Assembly: GCA_050950925.1 (NCBI GenBank) | Contig: JBMNIN010000001.1 | Location: forward strand, 87,638-151,637 | Origin: Erysipelotrichaceae bacterium | Lineage (GTDB): Bacteria > Bacillota_I > Bacilli_A > Erysipelotrichales > Erysipelotrichaceae | DNA length: 64,000 nt | Direction of reading: 5' to 3' | The notes under the pieces: generated by a model | What the model was told of the DNA's origin: nothing | What the model saw: the letters and a program-made list of their open reading frames with translations, nothing else | The model's database searches: none | In this document: positions 51,776-58,566 of the stretch, in pieces | Layout of the letters: every line of letters starts with the position of its first letter | How positions within the stretch are numbered: the stretch's first letter is position 1 | Program-made: the position numbers and the translations under genes

Positions 51776-52495
51776 ATGGGAAGAAAACCAAAGTTATCTT
51801 ATAAAGAAAAGATACAAGTGGTAGAAGATTATCTAAACGGAAAAGAAAGTGCCGTAAATATTGCCAGAAAATTAAATTTAGGAAGGTGGGGAAAACGACA
51901 GATACTAAAATGGGTAAGAAAATATCAGACCAATGGTCCGGAAGCACTACTTTCTAAAGGAAGAAATAACAGCTATACAAAAGAATTTAAACAAACGGTT
52001 GTCGAAGAATACCTGAACGGTGAAGGTTCTTTGGAAGATTTGGCGCTAAAACATCAAATACCAGCACCTTCTACAATATTAAACTGGATTTCAAAGTATA
52101 ATAACCTTAAGGAACTGAAGGATTATAATCCTGAACCGGAGGTGTATACAAAGATGGCATATCGCAAGAAAACGACCCTGGAAGAAAGAAAAGAAATAGT
52201 AAATTACTGCCTGGATAATAACAGAGACTATAAGACAGCAGCCTTAAGATATGATGTTTCATATTCACAGGTATACAGCTGGGTTAAAAAGTATTTATCG
52301 GAAGGCGAAGAAGGACTCATAGATTGTCGAGGAAAACGAAAACTTGAATCTCAACTGACTGAACTGGAAAAATATCAAAGGAAAGTGAAAATACTTGAAG
52401 CTAAAGTAAGAGAACTGGAAATGGAGAAAGAACTGTTAAAAAAAGTTCAGGAAATCGAAAGGAGGCGATCTTTTCAAAAACGAAAAATGAAGTAA
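51776..52495 (+). CDS. IS3-family transposase OrfA (HTH domains plus leucine zipper)
   Basis: ATG at 51776 follows GAGGAGGGA. Two HTH-like segments and a C-terminal coiled coil (LEAKVRELEMEKELLKK). Confidence 0.8.
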   Translation: MGRKPKLSYKEKIQVVEDYLNGKESAVNIARKLNLGRWGKRQILKWVRKYQTNGPEALLSKGRNNSYTKEFKQTVVEEYLNGEGSLEDLALKHQIPAPSTILNWISKYNNLKELKDYNPEPEVYTKMAYRKKTTLEERKEIVNYCLDNNRDYKTAALRYDVSYSQVYSWVKKYLSEGEEGLIDCRGKRKLESQLTELEKYQRKVKILEAKVRELEMEKELLKKVQEIERRRSFQKRKMK

Positions 52496-53472
52496 AATAT
52501 CTGGCGATTAAAGAGCTCAATGAAAAAAAGAATTACAGTTTACAGTGGATGTGTGAGAAGCTGAATGTATCCAGAGCAGCCTATTACAGGTGGCTGAACA
52601 GAGAAATACCGCAAAAGGAGCTGGAAGACATTGAATTGGGCAGACTGGTTTTAGAATATCATCAGAAATACGGAGGAATCCTTGGCTACAGAAGAATGAC
52701 AATGTTTATTAATCGTCATTATAATAAAAACTATAAATACAAAAGAATTCGTCGAATCATGAGAATTGCAGGTGTAAGTTCAACTATCAAGAGAGTAAGA
52801 AAGTGTTGTACAGTATCAAATAAAACTGATCAGAAAGCCGAAAACATTCTCAATCGTAACTTTGAAGCCTTCGCTCCAAATGAAAAGTGGACAACTGACG
52901 TTTGTGAACTGATTATACCGAAGAGCAACAGTAAGATGTATCTGAGCGCGTTTCTGGACCTGTATGATCGTTCTATTGTCGGATGGCAGCTGAGCAGGAC
53001 TAACGATAATAAACTGGTGTTTGATACCTTGAACAAAGCTATTGAAACTAATCCGGAAGCCCAGCCATTATTTCATAGTGATAGAGGTTATCAATATACC
53101 AGCCCGGCATTTAGAAATAAACTTAAACAGCTTGGCATACAGCAGTCAATGTCAAGAGTTGGCATGTGTATAGATAACTGTCCTTCAGAAGGACTGTGGG
53201 GCATTATTAAAGATGAGATGTATCAGATGTATGATATATACGATGAACAGTCCCTGATCCAGGCTTTAACAGATTATATGGAGTTTTATAATCATCATCG
53301 CTATCAGGAAAGATATGACTGTAAGGCACCTATGGAAGTAAGATCAGAGGCTTTACAGACCGAGGTACCTAAAAGGTATCCGATACCTGTTAACAGACGT
53401 ATTGAAAAATACAAAGCTGATTTGGCAAGTAAAAACCAAACCGAATCTTCGGCTGGGTCAGCATTATTTTAG
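52444..53472 (+). CDS. IS3-family transposase OrfB (DDE integrase core), expressed as OrfAB by -1 frameshift
   Basis: The -1 frame is open from the A7 run at 52438-52444 (KKSSGNRKEAIFSKTKNEVKYLAIKEL...). DDE core motifs WTTDVCEL and HSDRGYQYTS are present. Confidence 0.8.
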   Translation, partial: SSGNRKEAIFSKTKNEVKYLAIKELNEKKNYSLQWMCEKLNVSRAAYYRWLNREIPQKELEDIELGRLVLEYHQKYGGILGYRRMTMFINRHYNKNYKYKRIRRIMRIAGVSSTIKRVRKCCTVSNKTDQKAENILNRNFEAFAPNEKWTTDVCELIIPKSNSKMYLSAFLDLYDRSIVGWQLSRTNDNKLVFDTLNKAIETNPEAQPLFHSDRGYQYTSPAFRNKLKQLGIQQSMSRVGMCIDNCPSEGLWGIIKDEMYQMYDIYDEQSLIQALTDYMEFYNHHRYQERYDCKAPMEVRSEALQTEVPKRYPIPVNRRIEKYKADLASKNQTESSAGSALF

Positions 53473-53526
53473 ATATTTCCCGTGTCTACTTGACAGGGAG
53501 CAGATCATATAAGGCTTTTTTCTCTC

Positions 53527-53550
53527 TGGTGGAGGCGAGGGGAGTTGATT
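53527..53550 (-). other. Possible displaced tRNA 3'-end fragment marking the prophage attachment site (attR)
   Basis: Plus strand TGGTGGAGGCGAGGGGAGTTGA is the reverse complement of ...CCCCU-CGCCUCC-A-CCA (T-stem 3' half, acceptor 3' strand, discriminator, CCA). No matching 5' half is nearby. GC-rich island in AT-rich DNA. Confidence 0.35.
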
Positions 53551-53558
53551 TTAGTCAG

Positions 53559-53610
53559 TTTATAGTGGTTATTGTTGGTTTATAGTGGTAATTTATAGTC
53601 ATTTATGGGT
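53559..53610. repeat. Four direct TTTAT(A/G)G(T/G) repeats (possible integrase arm-type sites)
   Basis: GTTTATAGTGGT occurs at 53558 and 53578, ATTTATAGTC at 53591 and ATTTATGGGT at 53601. Confidence 0.5.
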
Positions 53611-53663
53611 GTTTTTAGTTATTTTTGGCATGTTGCTTTTTAAAAATCGTACCCAGTTCGTAC

Positions 53664-53690
53664 CTAAAAAACCGCTGTTGGTTAGCGGTT
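53664..53690 (-). terminator. Intrinsic terminator after the DUF3800-like gene
   Basis: Minus strand ACCGCT-aaccaac-AGCGGT followed by TTTTTT, starting at the stop codon. Confidence 0.7.
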
Positions 53691-54379
53691 TATGGGAAAT
53701 AATTTATATTTAAGTTATTGATTTCTCTCAAATTATTAATTTTTGAATTTGTAACGCAATAATAAATTCTATTAGCAATTATATCTGAAGCTCTAATTAA
53801 ACATTGTTTTTCTGAATTACAATAATTTAAGTTTAATTCTTTCATATTTGTAAATATAGGTGGATAATAGGTCATATATTTATAATTAGTTGTCCCAATT
53901 TTTAATTCTTGTTCTAGGGCTTCTCTCAATTCATATCTGCCATCAGTCGCAGTTGAGTGCTGATCAACATTAAAATAAATTTTTATTTGTTCATGTTCAT
54001 TTAATATGCCTTTTGATATCAAGTCTTTTAGCGCTCTTTTTATAGCAATTTTATACACATAATCAAGATATCTTTGTTTAGATTTTTTATCGATAAATAT
54101 TTTGTCGTGTACGTTTTTCTGATTGATAATAGCGCAAAATTTATAACATTCTTTCATTACGTTGAAAAGTTTTCTTTTATCATTATTGGTAGCTCGACAT
54201 GCTTTTATTTCAGTACCACTTCGATAATTATGTTTAATACTTTTTTCCGCACCAATATATTTATTGGACCACCTTATTTTTTCATTGTCGCCTATAATAA
54301 TTATTCCAGCAAAAACAAAATAATCGTTATGTACTTTATCAAATGTGCCACTTTCGTCACTGTAAACATAAATCCTCAT
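53690..54379 (-). CDS. DUF3800-like protein
   Basis: ATG at 54379 lies 5 nt after AAGGTGG. N-terminal IYVYSDESG plus FVFAGI fits my recollection of DUF3800. 229 aa. Confidence 0.6.
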   Translation of the reverse strand: MRIYVYSDESGTFDKVHNDYFVFAGIIIIGDNEKIRWSNKYIGAEKSIKHNYRSGTEIKACRATNNDKRKLFNVMKECYKFCAIINQKNVHDKIFIDKKSKQRYLDYVYKIAIKRALKDLISKGILNEHEQIKIYFNVDQHSTATDGRYELREALEQELKIGTTNYKYMTYYPPIFTNMKELNLNYCNSEKQCLIRASDIIANRIYYCVTNSKINNLREINNLNINYFP

Positions 54380-54394
54380 TAATTCCACCTTATT

Positions 54395-54491
54395 AAAAAA
54401 CCACTCAAATGAGTGGCATCGAGGCCGACGTACTTACAGTACGCTTAACCGTTAAGTCAGTAACTCGATTTGACAGCGTATCTCTACCTGC
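54395..54491 (-). ncRNA. Putative ~95-nt structured RNA (sRNA or cis-leader of the DUF3800-like gene)
   Basis: Lies downstream of a TTGACA-N18-CATAAT promoter. Outer helix AUCGAG/CUCGAU encloses hairpins CUUAA-cgg-UUAAG and CGUAC-uguaa-GUACG. Then terminator CCACUC-auuu-GAGUGG plus U6, ending 4 nt before the DUF3800 RBS. Confidence 0.45.
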
Positions 54492-54497
54492 AAGTTT

Positions 54498-54527
54498 ATT
54501 ATGAGTTATTTAGGGTTGATTTGTCAA
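54498..54527 (-). promoter_or_regulatory. Sigma-A-type promoter for the structured RNA / DUF3800-like gene
   Basis: Minus strand TTGACA (54527-54522), 18-nt spacer, CATAAT (54503-54498). Confidence 0.5.
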
Positions 54528-54620
54528 TAATTTTTAGCGAAATTTATCATTTTTTCATATTTTACAATGGTTTTTAATCATTTTCAGTTGATTTCAGTAA
54601 ATTAAATGTCGTTAAAAAAA

Positions 54621-54755
54621 CTACTTTTGTTGTAGGTCTTTTATAATCAAATCAATGATATAAGCAGTTAAAGTTTTATATTCTTTCTCGGCTTTTTCTT
54701 TAGCTTGCTTTTTTAAGTCTGGGTGGATTCTGATTTGAATATATTCAGTTTTCAT
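54621..54755 (-). CDS. 44-aa ribbon-helix-helix (CopG/Arc-like) protein, not in the supplied ORF track
   Basis: Hand translation: MKTEYIQIRIHPDLKKQAKEKAEKEYKTLTAYIIDLIIKDLQQK. Beta-strand then two helices, the RHH pattern. Its ATG (54755-54753) overlaps the TGA (54754-54752) of the upstream gene as ATGA. Confidence 0.6.
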   Translation of the reverse strand: MKTEYIQIRIHPDLKKQAKEKAEKEYKTLTAYIIDLIIKDLQQK

Positions 54756-55369
54756 TCGATTTCACCACTTTCAACTTTATCAGCTAAAGTTTTAATGACA
54801 TTTTCAATTTTGTCATTTTCTTCGAACAATTCTTGATTTTCGTAGAATACATCTTCGTCATAATATTCAATTCCACGCGCTTCAAGCTCTGCACGAACGC
54901 ATTCATAAATGGTGTCGATATCGTAAATGCCGTAACTCCAGCCATTTTTAACGTCTTTAACTGACAACTCTAAGAAGTTTTTCCAATTTGCTTCGTGGTC
55001 ATCGATGTGTAAATCTCTTACATTTTTTAATTCGTAAAATGCAACTTGCCATAAATTCTCCGGAAGATTTACAATCATTGAATTAAATTGATCTACCAGT
55101 TTAGTGACTAATTTTTGGTCATCAACAGATTCATATAAATCATTAAATAATTCTTTTGTAGCTTCGTAATCAACGGCAATTTGCTCTACAACTTTTGCTT
55201 CGATCAGTTCTTCAAAAGAAGTAGAAATTACATTTTCGCAAACTAAGTTGTTTACGATTTCTGCGACAGATTCAGCCCAAAATCTAACTCTTCCATCTTT
55301 AGCGACAACTTCAAATCTGCCGCTGTTTTCAAATAAATTTTTGAAAGTAATGTTTAATTTGTTATTCAT
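54752..55369 (-). CDS. Highly acidic 205-aa hypothetical protein
   Basis: RBS AAGGAG lies 9 nt upstream. By hand count about 45 Asp+Glu versus about 20 Lys+Arg. No family recognised. Confidence 0.55.
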   Translation of the reverse strand: MNNKLNITFKNLFENSGRFEVVAKDGRVRFWAESVAEIVNNLVCENVISTSFEELIEAKVVEQIAVDYEATKELFNDLYESVDDQKLVTKLVDQFNSMIVNLPENLWQVAFYELKNVRDLHIDDHEANWKNFLELSVKDVKNGWSYGIYDIDTIYECVRAELEARGIEYYDEDVFYENQELFEENDKIENVIKTLADKVESGEIE

Positions 55370-55409
55370 GTTTTTTTTCTCCTTAGGGGATTACCCTTTC
55401 TTCAATTAT

Positions 55410-55438
55410 AGTATATCATGATGTAATGACGTTGTCAA
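55410..55438 (-). promoter_or_regulatory. Near-consensus sigma-A promoter of the acidic-protein/RHH operon
   Basis: Minus strand TTGACA (55438-55433), 17-nt spacer, TATACT (55415-55410), about 35 nt upstream of the RBS. Confidence 0.6.
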
Positions 55439-55499
55439 CACATTTTCGCAAAATAATTGAAAATATTTTAACTTTTTAAAATTTATGTTATGATTTAAC

Positions 55500-55533
55500 T
55501 GTAAATGTATGTAGTTGTCAAAATTCATTTACA
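55500..55533. promoter_or_regulatory. 8-bp perfect inverted repeat TGTAAATG-N18-CATTTACA spanning a second TTGACA box
   Basis: Arms at 55500-55507 and 55526-55533. On the minus strand TTGACA (55521-55516)-N17-TTAAAT lies between and over the arms. Candidate operator. Confidence 0.45.
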
Positions 55534-55592
55534 TGAGGGTTAACGGAAAAAGTGTTATTCATGTTTAAATATCCGTTAATCCTTTTTTTCTG

Positions 55593-55625
55593 CACAAAAA
55601 AAAGAGGGAGCATTTAAACTCCCCT
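55593..55625 (-). terminator. Intrinsic terminator of the lysis operon
   Basis: Minus strand GGGAG-uuuaaaug-CUCCC followed by U8, immediately after the endolysin stop. Confidence 0.75.
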
Positions 55626-56531
55626 TTACAATTTACTGATAAACTCTTTCAGCTGATCTAATTTGCTTTCAGCCTCATCTCTCTGTTTAATTAAAGCCTC
55701 TTTCTGCGATTGGTATATCGCAATATCCTGCTTCAAGTCTTCAATTCTTTTGTTTGCAGTTTCCATTTTTCTAATCATCTCCTTTTTTTCATTCTCATAA
55801 ACTGTTTTCAAATCGTCATACAGCGATTTATAATCCATGTACTCATCATCACTGCTCATCAGTGCGACCCAGAAATCAGGGCTGATATTTGCCCATCTGT
55901 AATTTCCCGCTTTCTGAACATCGTAAACGTTGTATAAACCACGTTTACACCTTTCCGGATAAACTTCACCGTTCGGCATTTTTCTAAGGTTTCGTGTATC
56001 GGAATTAATCCGTACCTGATACACTTCTTCATTCCTTTCAACCGGTTCAGGATATTCACTCATCCATTTTGGAGTGAACTTGTCGCTGAATCTGTATTTT
56101 CTTTTTCTGTCACAATACAGAAACGGAAGCGGGTTTATTGCTAAACCACGCATTGTGCTCCAGTTGTATTTTTTTGTTGTAACTTTTGTTAAATACAAGT
56201 GCAGATGATTACCGTTGCTTTTGCCGGTGTTACCCATGATTCCGATAACATCACCCATTTTAACTTTTTCACCTTTTTTTAGAACTGGCAGTTTGTGAAG
56301 ATGGATATAGCCTGTCCAGAAGTGCTCTTTTTCATTTAGCCTGTGTTCAAGCACAATCAGATTTCCCATTTCAGTAGCAAATCTTACATCAACAACAACT
56401 CCGTCATCACAAGCCAGTATCGGCTGATACAGATTGATAATCCAGCCGAAATCAACACCCAGATGAACCTTTTCATGAAAGTAATATGTAATGTTTACTT
56501 CGTCAACGGGAATAAGTAATTCCTTATTCAT
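55626..56531 (-). CDS. Endolysin: M23 peptidase plus SH3-like region plus C-terminal coiled coil
   Basis: M23 motifs HLGVDFG and GNHLHLYL. The start MNKELL at 56531 overlaps the holin 3' end by 8 nt. The last ~70 aa are heptad-rich (IEDLKQDIAIYQSQKEALIKQRDEAESKLDQLKEF). Confidence 0.8.
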   Translation of the reverse strand: MNKELLIPVDEVNITYYFHEKVHLGVDFGWIINLYQPILACDDGVVVDVRFATEMGNLIVLEHRLNEKEHFWTGYIHLHKLPVLKKGEKVKMGDVIGIMGNTGKSNGNHLHLYLTKVTTKKYNWSTMRGLAINPLPFLYCDRKRKYRFSDKFTPKWMSEYPEPVERNEEVYQVRINSDTRNLRKMPNGEVYPERCKRGLYNVYDVQKAGNYRWANISPDFWVALMSSDDEYMDYKSLYDDLKTVYENEKKEMIRKMETANKRIEDLKQDIAIYQSQKEALIKQRDEAESKLDQLKEFISKL

Positions 56532-56733
56532 TTTCTTTTTTGTAATAATTGGCATTGGATACACCGATAAGTGTCCCAATAAGAACTCCAACAGCGTTTA
56601 AAGTAGTAACTATTTCATCAACGTAAGGAAGCCCCCATGCTTCACCCAGCACGTTGTAAAAAACTGCCAGTGCCGGCAAAGCAATTAAGCCTGTCCACTT
56701 TAAAGCGTCATACCATCCATTTTTTAAAATCAT
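56524..56733 (-). CDS. Holin (phi LC3-family-like)
   Basis: 69 aa with two TM helices. Sequence YDALKWTGLIALPALAVFYNVLGEAWGLPY...IVTTLNAVGVLIGTLIGVS matches my recollection of the phiLC3 holin family. Lies directly upstream of the endolysin. Confidence 0.75.
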   Translation of the reverse strand: MILKNGWYDALKWTGLIALPALAVFYNVLGEAWGLPYVDEIVTTLNAVGVLIGTLIGVSNANYYKKENE

Positions 56734-56744
56734 TTTTCATACCT

Positions 56745-57107
56745 CTACTTTCTTTCGATTATGTATTCATCAAACTCATCAAGAACGTTTCCCATTTCAC
56801 TTGTACTATTTTTTTTCACAATGTGTTTGAGCATAATGTGTTCGGTTTTCATGACCATGTTCACATCTTTTTTTACACTCTTGACTTCTGTTGATAACTT
56901 TTCAACATCCTGTTTAACTCCGTTAATGTTTAAATTAATCTCATCAAACTTGTTATTGATTTTCTGTTCATCTTCTAAAGACTGCTCCTTTATCACTTTT
57001 TTCATTGAATTTGAATAAAATTTACCTATTGCAGTAGCACCACCAATAATACTAACCAGCAGTAATAAACCTTCATTCAATTCAGTAATAGTTAAATCAC
57101 CCAGCAC
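56745..57107 (-). CDS. Phage membrane/coiled-coil protein (possible lysis accessory)
   Basis: GTG start follows GAGGAG. N-terminal TM helix (LLLLVSIIGGATAIG) followed by a coiled coil. Sits between the fibre and the holin. Confidence 0.45.
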   Translation of the reverse strand: MLGDLTITELNEGLLLLVSIIGGATAIGKFYSNSMKKVIKEQSLEDEQKINNKFDEINLNINGVKQDVEKLSTEVKSVKKDVNMVMKTEHIMLKHIVKKNSTSEMGNVLDEFDEYIIERK

Positions 57108-58563
57108 TTATCAACTCCTCCAGTTCTTCAATTTTACTTTCCAGTTCTTCAATTCTTAAAAATGCTTTTTTCAGCATATATGTATTCAGAGCTATAAACT
57201 CTGAATATGACAAAGTATATTCATCTGTTTGTTCGCCATTTTTTTCAAAGAAAGCATGTTCAATCATATATTGATTACTTAAATTGCTTTCTTCAATAGC
57301 TTGTTCTACTTCTTGTGCAATAAATCCAATGTGCCATTTATTATCATCAGAAGCATCTTTTTTCATCTTAAATCGCTTTGGATTTAATTTATGAAATAAC
57401 TGCTCATATTTATCATCTAAATTATTGATATATTTCTTATTTCTTTCATCCGATGTAACATACATAGCTTGAGTACAGTATGCTCTTCTCCACGGGTTTG
57501 CTATAGTACCCAAATTAACATTAGTGGATTTTGTAACAAATCGGTCTTGTTCAAAACTTAAGGTATAAAACTTATTCTCTAATTTGACATCATATCCTTT
57601 TACATAAGTATTTTTATTGCTCGCACGAACATCTTCGCCAATTACCAAATCATCATTATTAAGCTTAAGAACTTCTTTGGCGGTATTATTACTATCTTTT
57701 ATATAAACACCTTTTTCAGTATCAAAAACAGCATTTTCATAAAAATAAGTTAGTAGTTTAAAATGAACATCAGGCTCAGTTGCTTCTTCGCCAAATGTTA
57801 CACCAACATTGCCCTGCCTGTCGTCATAAAGACTTATCGGCATTCGTCCTGTTTGAACAATTATAGATTTAGTCTCACTCCCTACCGGATTATTTCCATT
57901 AAACGTTACAGCTGTAATTTCAACAACAGCAGTAGTAAATGCTCCTATCAGATTTTTTATCGTATCATACGCCAAATAGAATGTTGTTCCGGAAGACTTT
58001 TCTGCCAGAATATATTCAATGCTGTCAACTTTATATTTAACTGTTGTAGTATAGTCGGCTATATATTTCGTTATTGAAATAGTTGCATTTCCTCCGGTCA
58101 GCGTTGCAGGTTCCACTGATAATTTCGATATTCTTAATATCGCCGGCATTTCTATTAAACTTGATAGTGTATTGCTAACTGCGGAATATGAATTACCGTC
58201 ATCATAGCCATGCCAAACACCATTTACAGTCAAACTAAGTTCACCATTTTCATTATGTTCAACATCTCCGGTCCATGAAGCCAGAGTATAAGTTACATTT
58301 TTTGAAGCGTTCGATTGATACTTTGTAGCCTTAACGTCACTGCCGATCTGAACAGTTGAGTAAGTTTGTGAATAGTTTGAATAATTCGCCCGGATAGCTT
58401 TCATTCGATGTGTAATCGTAATATTTGATTTATTATTTACAATATCCTGTGAATTTAATTTTACATCCACATAAAAAAGATAAGCATTTGATATTTGAGG
58501 TGTAGTATCAGCATTTGCATATTGTTGTGTTGTAATTGTTTGACCTACAATAATTTCTGCCAT
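57097..58563 (-). CDS. Tail fibre / receptor-binding protein with C-terminal S74-type intramolecular chaperone
   Basis: The C-terminus WHIGFIAQEVEQAI...YTLSYSEFIALNTYMLKKAFLRIEELESKIEELE is the endosialidase-chaperone (Peptidase_S74) pattern. Confidence 0.7.
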   Translation of the reverse strand: MAEIIVGQTITTQQYANADTTPQISNAYLFYVDVKLNSQDIVNNKSNITITHRMKAIRANYSNYSQTYSTVQIGSDVKATKYQSNASKNVTYTLASWTGDVEHNENGELSLTVNGVWHGYDDGNSYSAVSNTLSSLIEMPAILRISKLSVEPATLTGGNATISITKYIADYTTTVKYKVDSIEYILAEKSSGTTFYLAYDTIKNLIGAFTTAVVEITAVTFNGNNPVGSETKSIIVQTGRMPISLYDDRQGNVGVTFGEEATEPDVHFKLLTYFYENAVFDTEKGVYIKDSNNTAKEVLKLNNDDLVIGEDVRASNKNTYVKGYDVKLENKFYTLSFEQDRFVTKSTNVNLGTIANPWRRAYCTQAMYVTSDERNKKYINNLDDKYEQLFHKLNPKRFKMKKDASDDNKWHIGFIAQEVEQAIEESNLSNQYMIEHAFFEKNGEQTDEYTLSYSEFIALNTYMLKKAFLRIEELESKIEELEELISAG

Positions 58564-58566
58564 ATA

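Larger units (their letters stand above)
51713..53507 (+). mobile_element. IS3-family insertion sequence (about 1.8 kb)
   Basis: Imperfect terminal inverted repeats TGATC..CC(T)..AAGTAGACAC.(C/G)GAAATAT at both ends, with TG...CA termini. orfA/orfB are joined by a slippery A7G. I could not identify a clean target duplication. Confidence 0.8.

Noticed and set aside
51571-53669. 16/19-nt similarity AGTTCGTAYSTAAAAAAC at 51578-51596 and 53655-53673, on either side of the IS3 element, considered as att core or IS target duplication
   Set aside because: The copies are about 130-150 bp from the IS ends, so they are not a target duplication. Both lie on the same side of the prophage boundary. The match is short and partly poly-A, so it is most likely chance.
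54074-54382. 102-aa plus-strand ORF antisense to the DUF3800-like gene
   Set aside because: Phe/Ile-rich mirror translation of an AT-rich gene with no translation signals.
56637-57018. Two 85-aa plus-strand ORFs across the holin and membrane-protein genes
   Set aside because: They are antisense to a tightly packed, RBS-supported lysis module and have hydrophobic low-complexity products.
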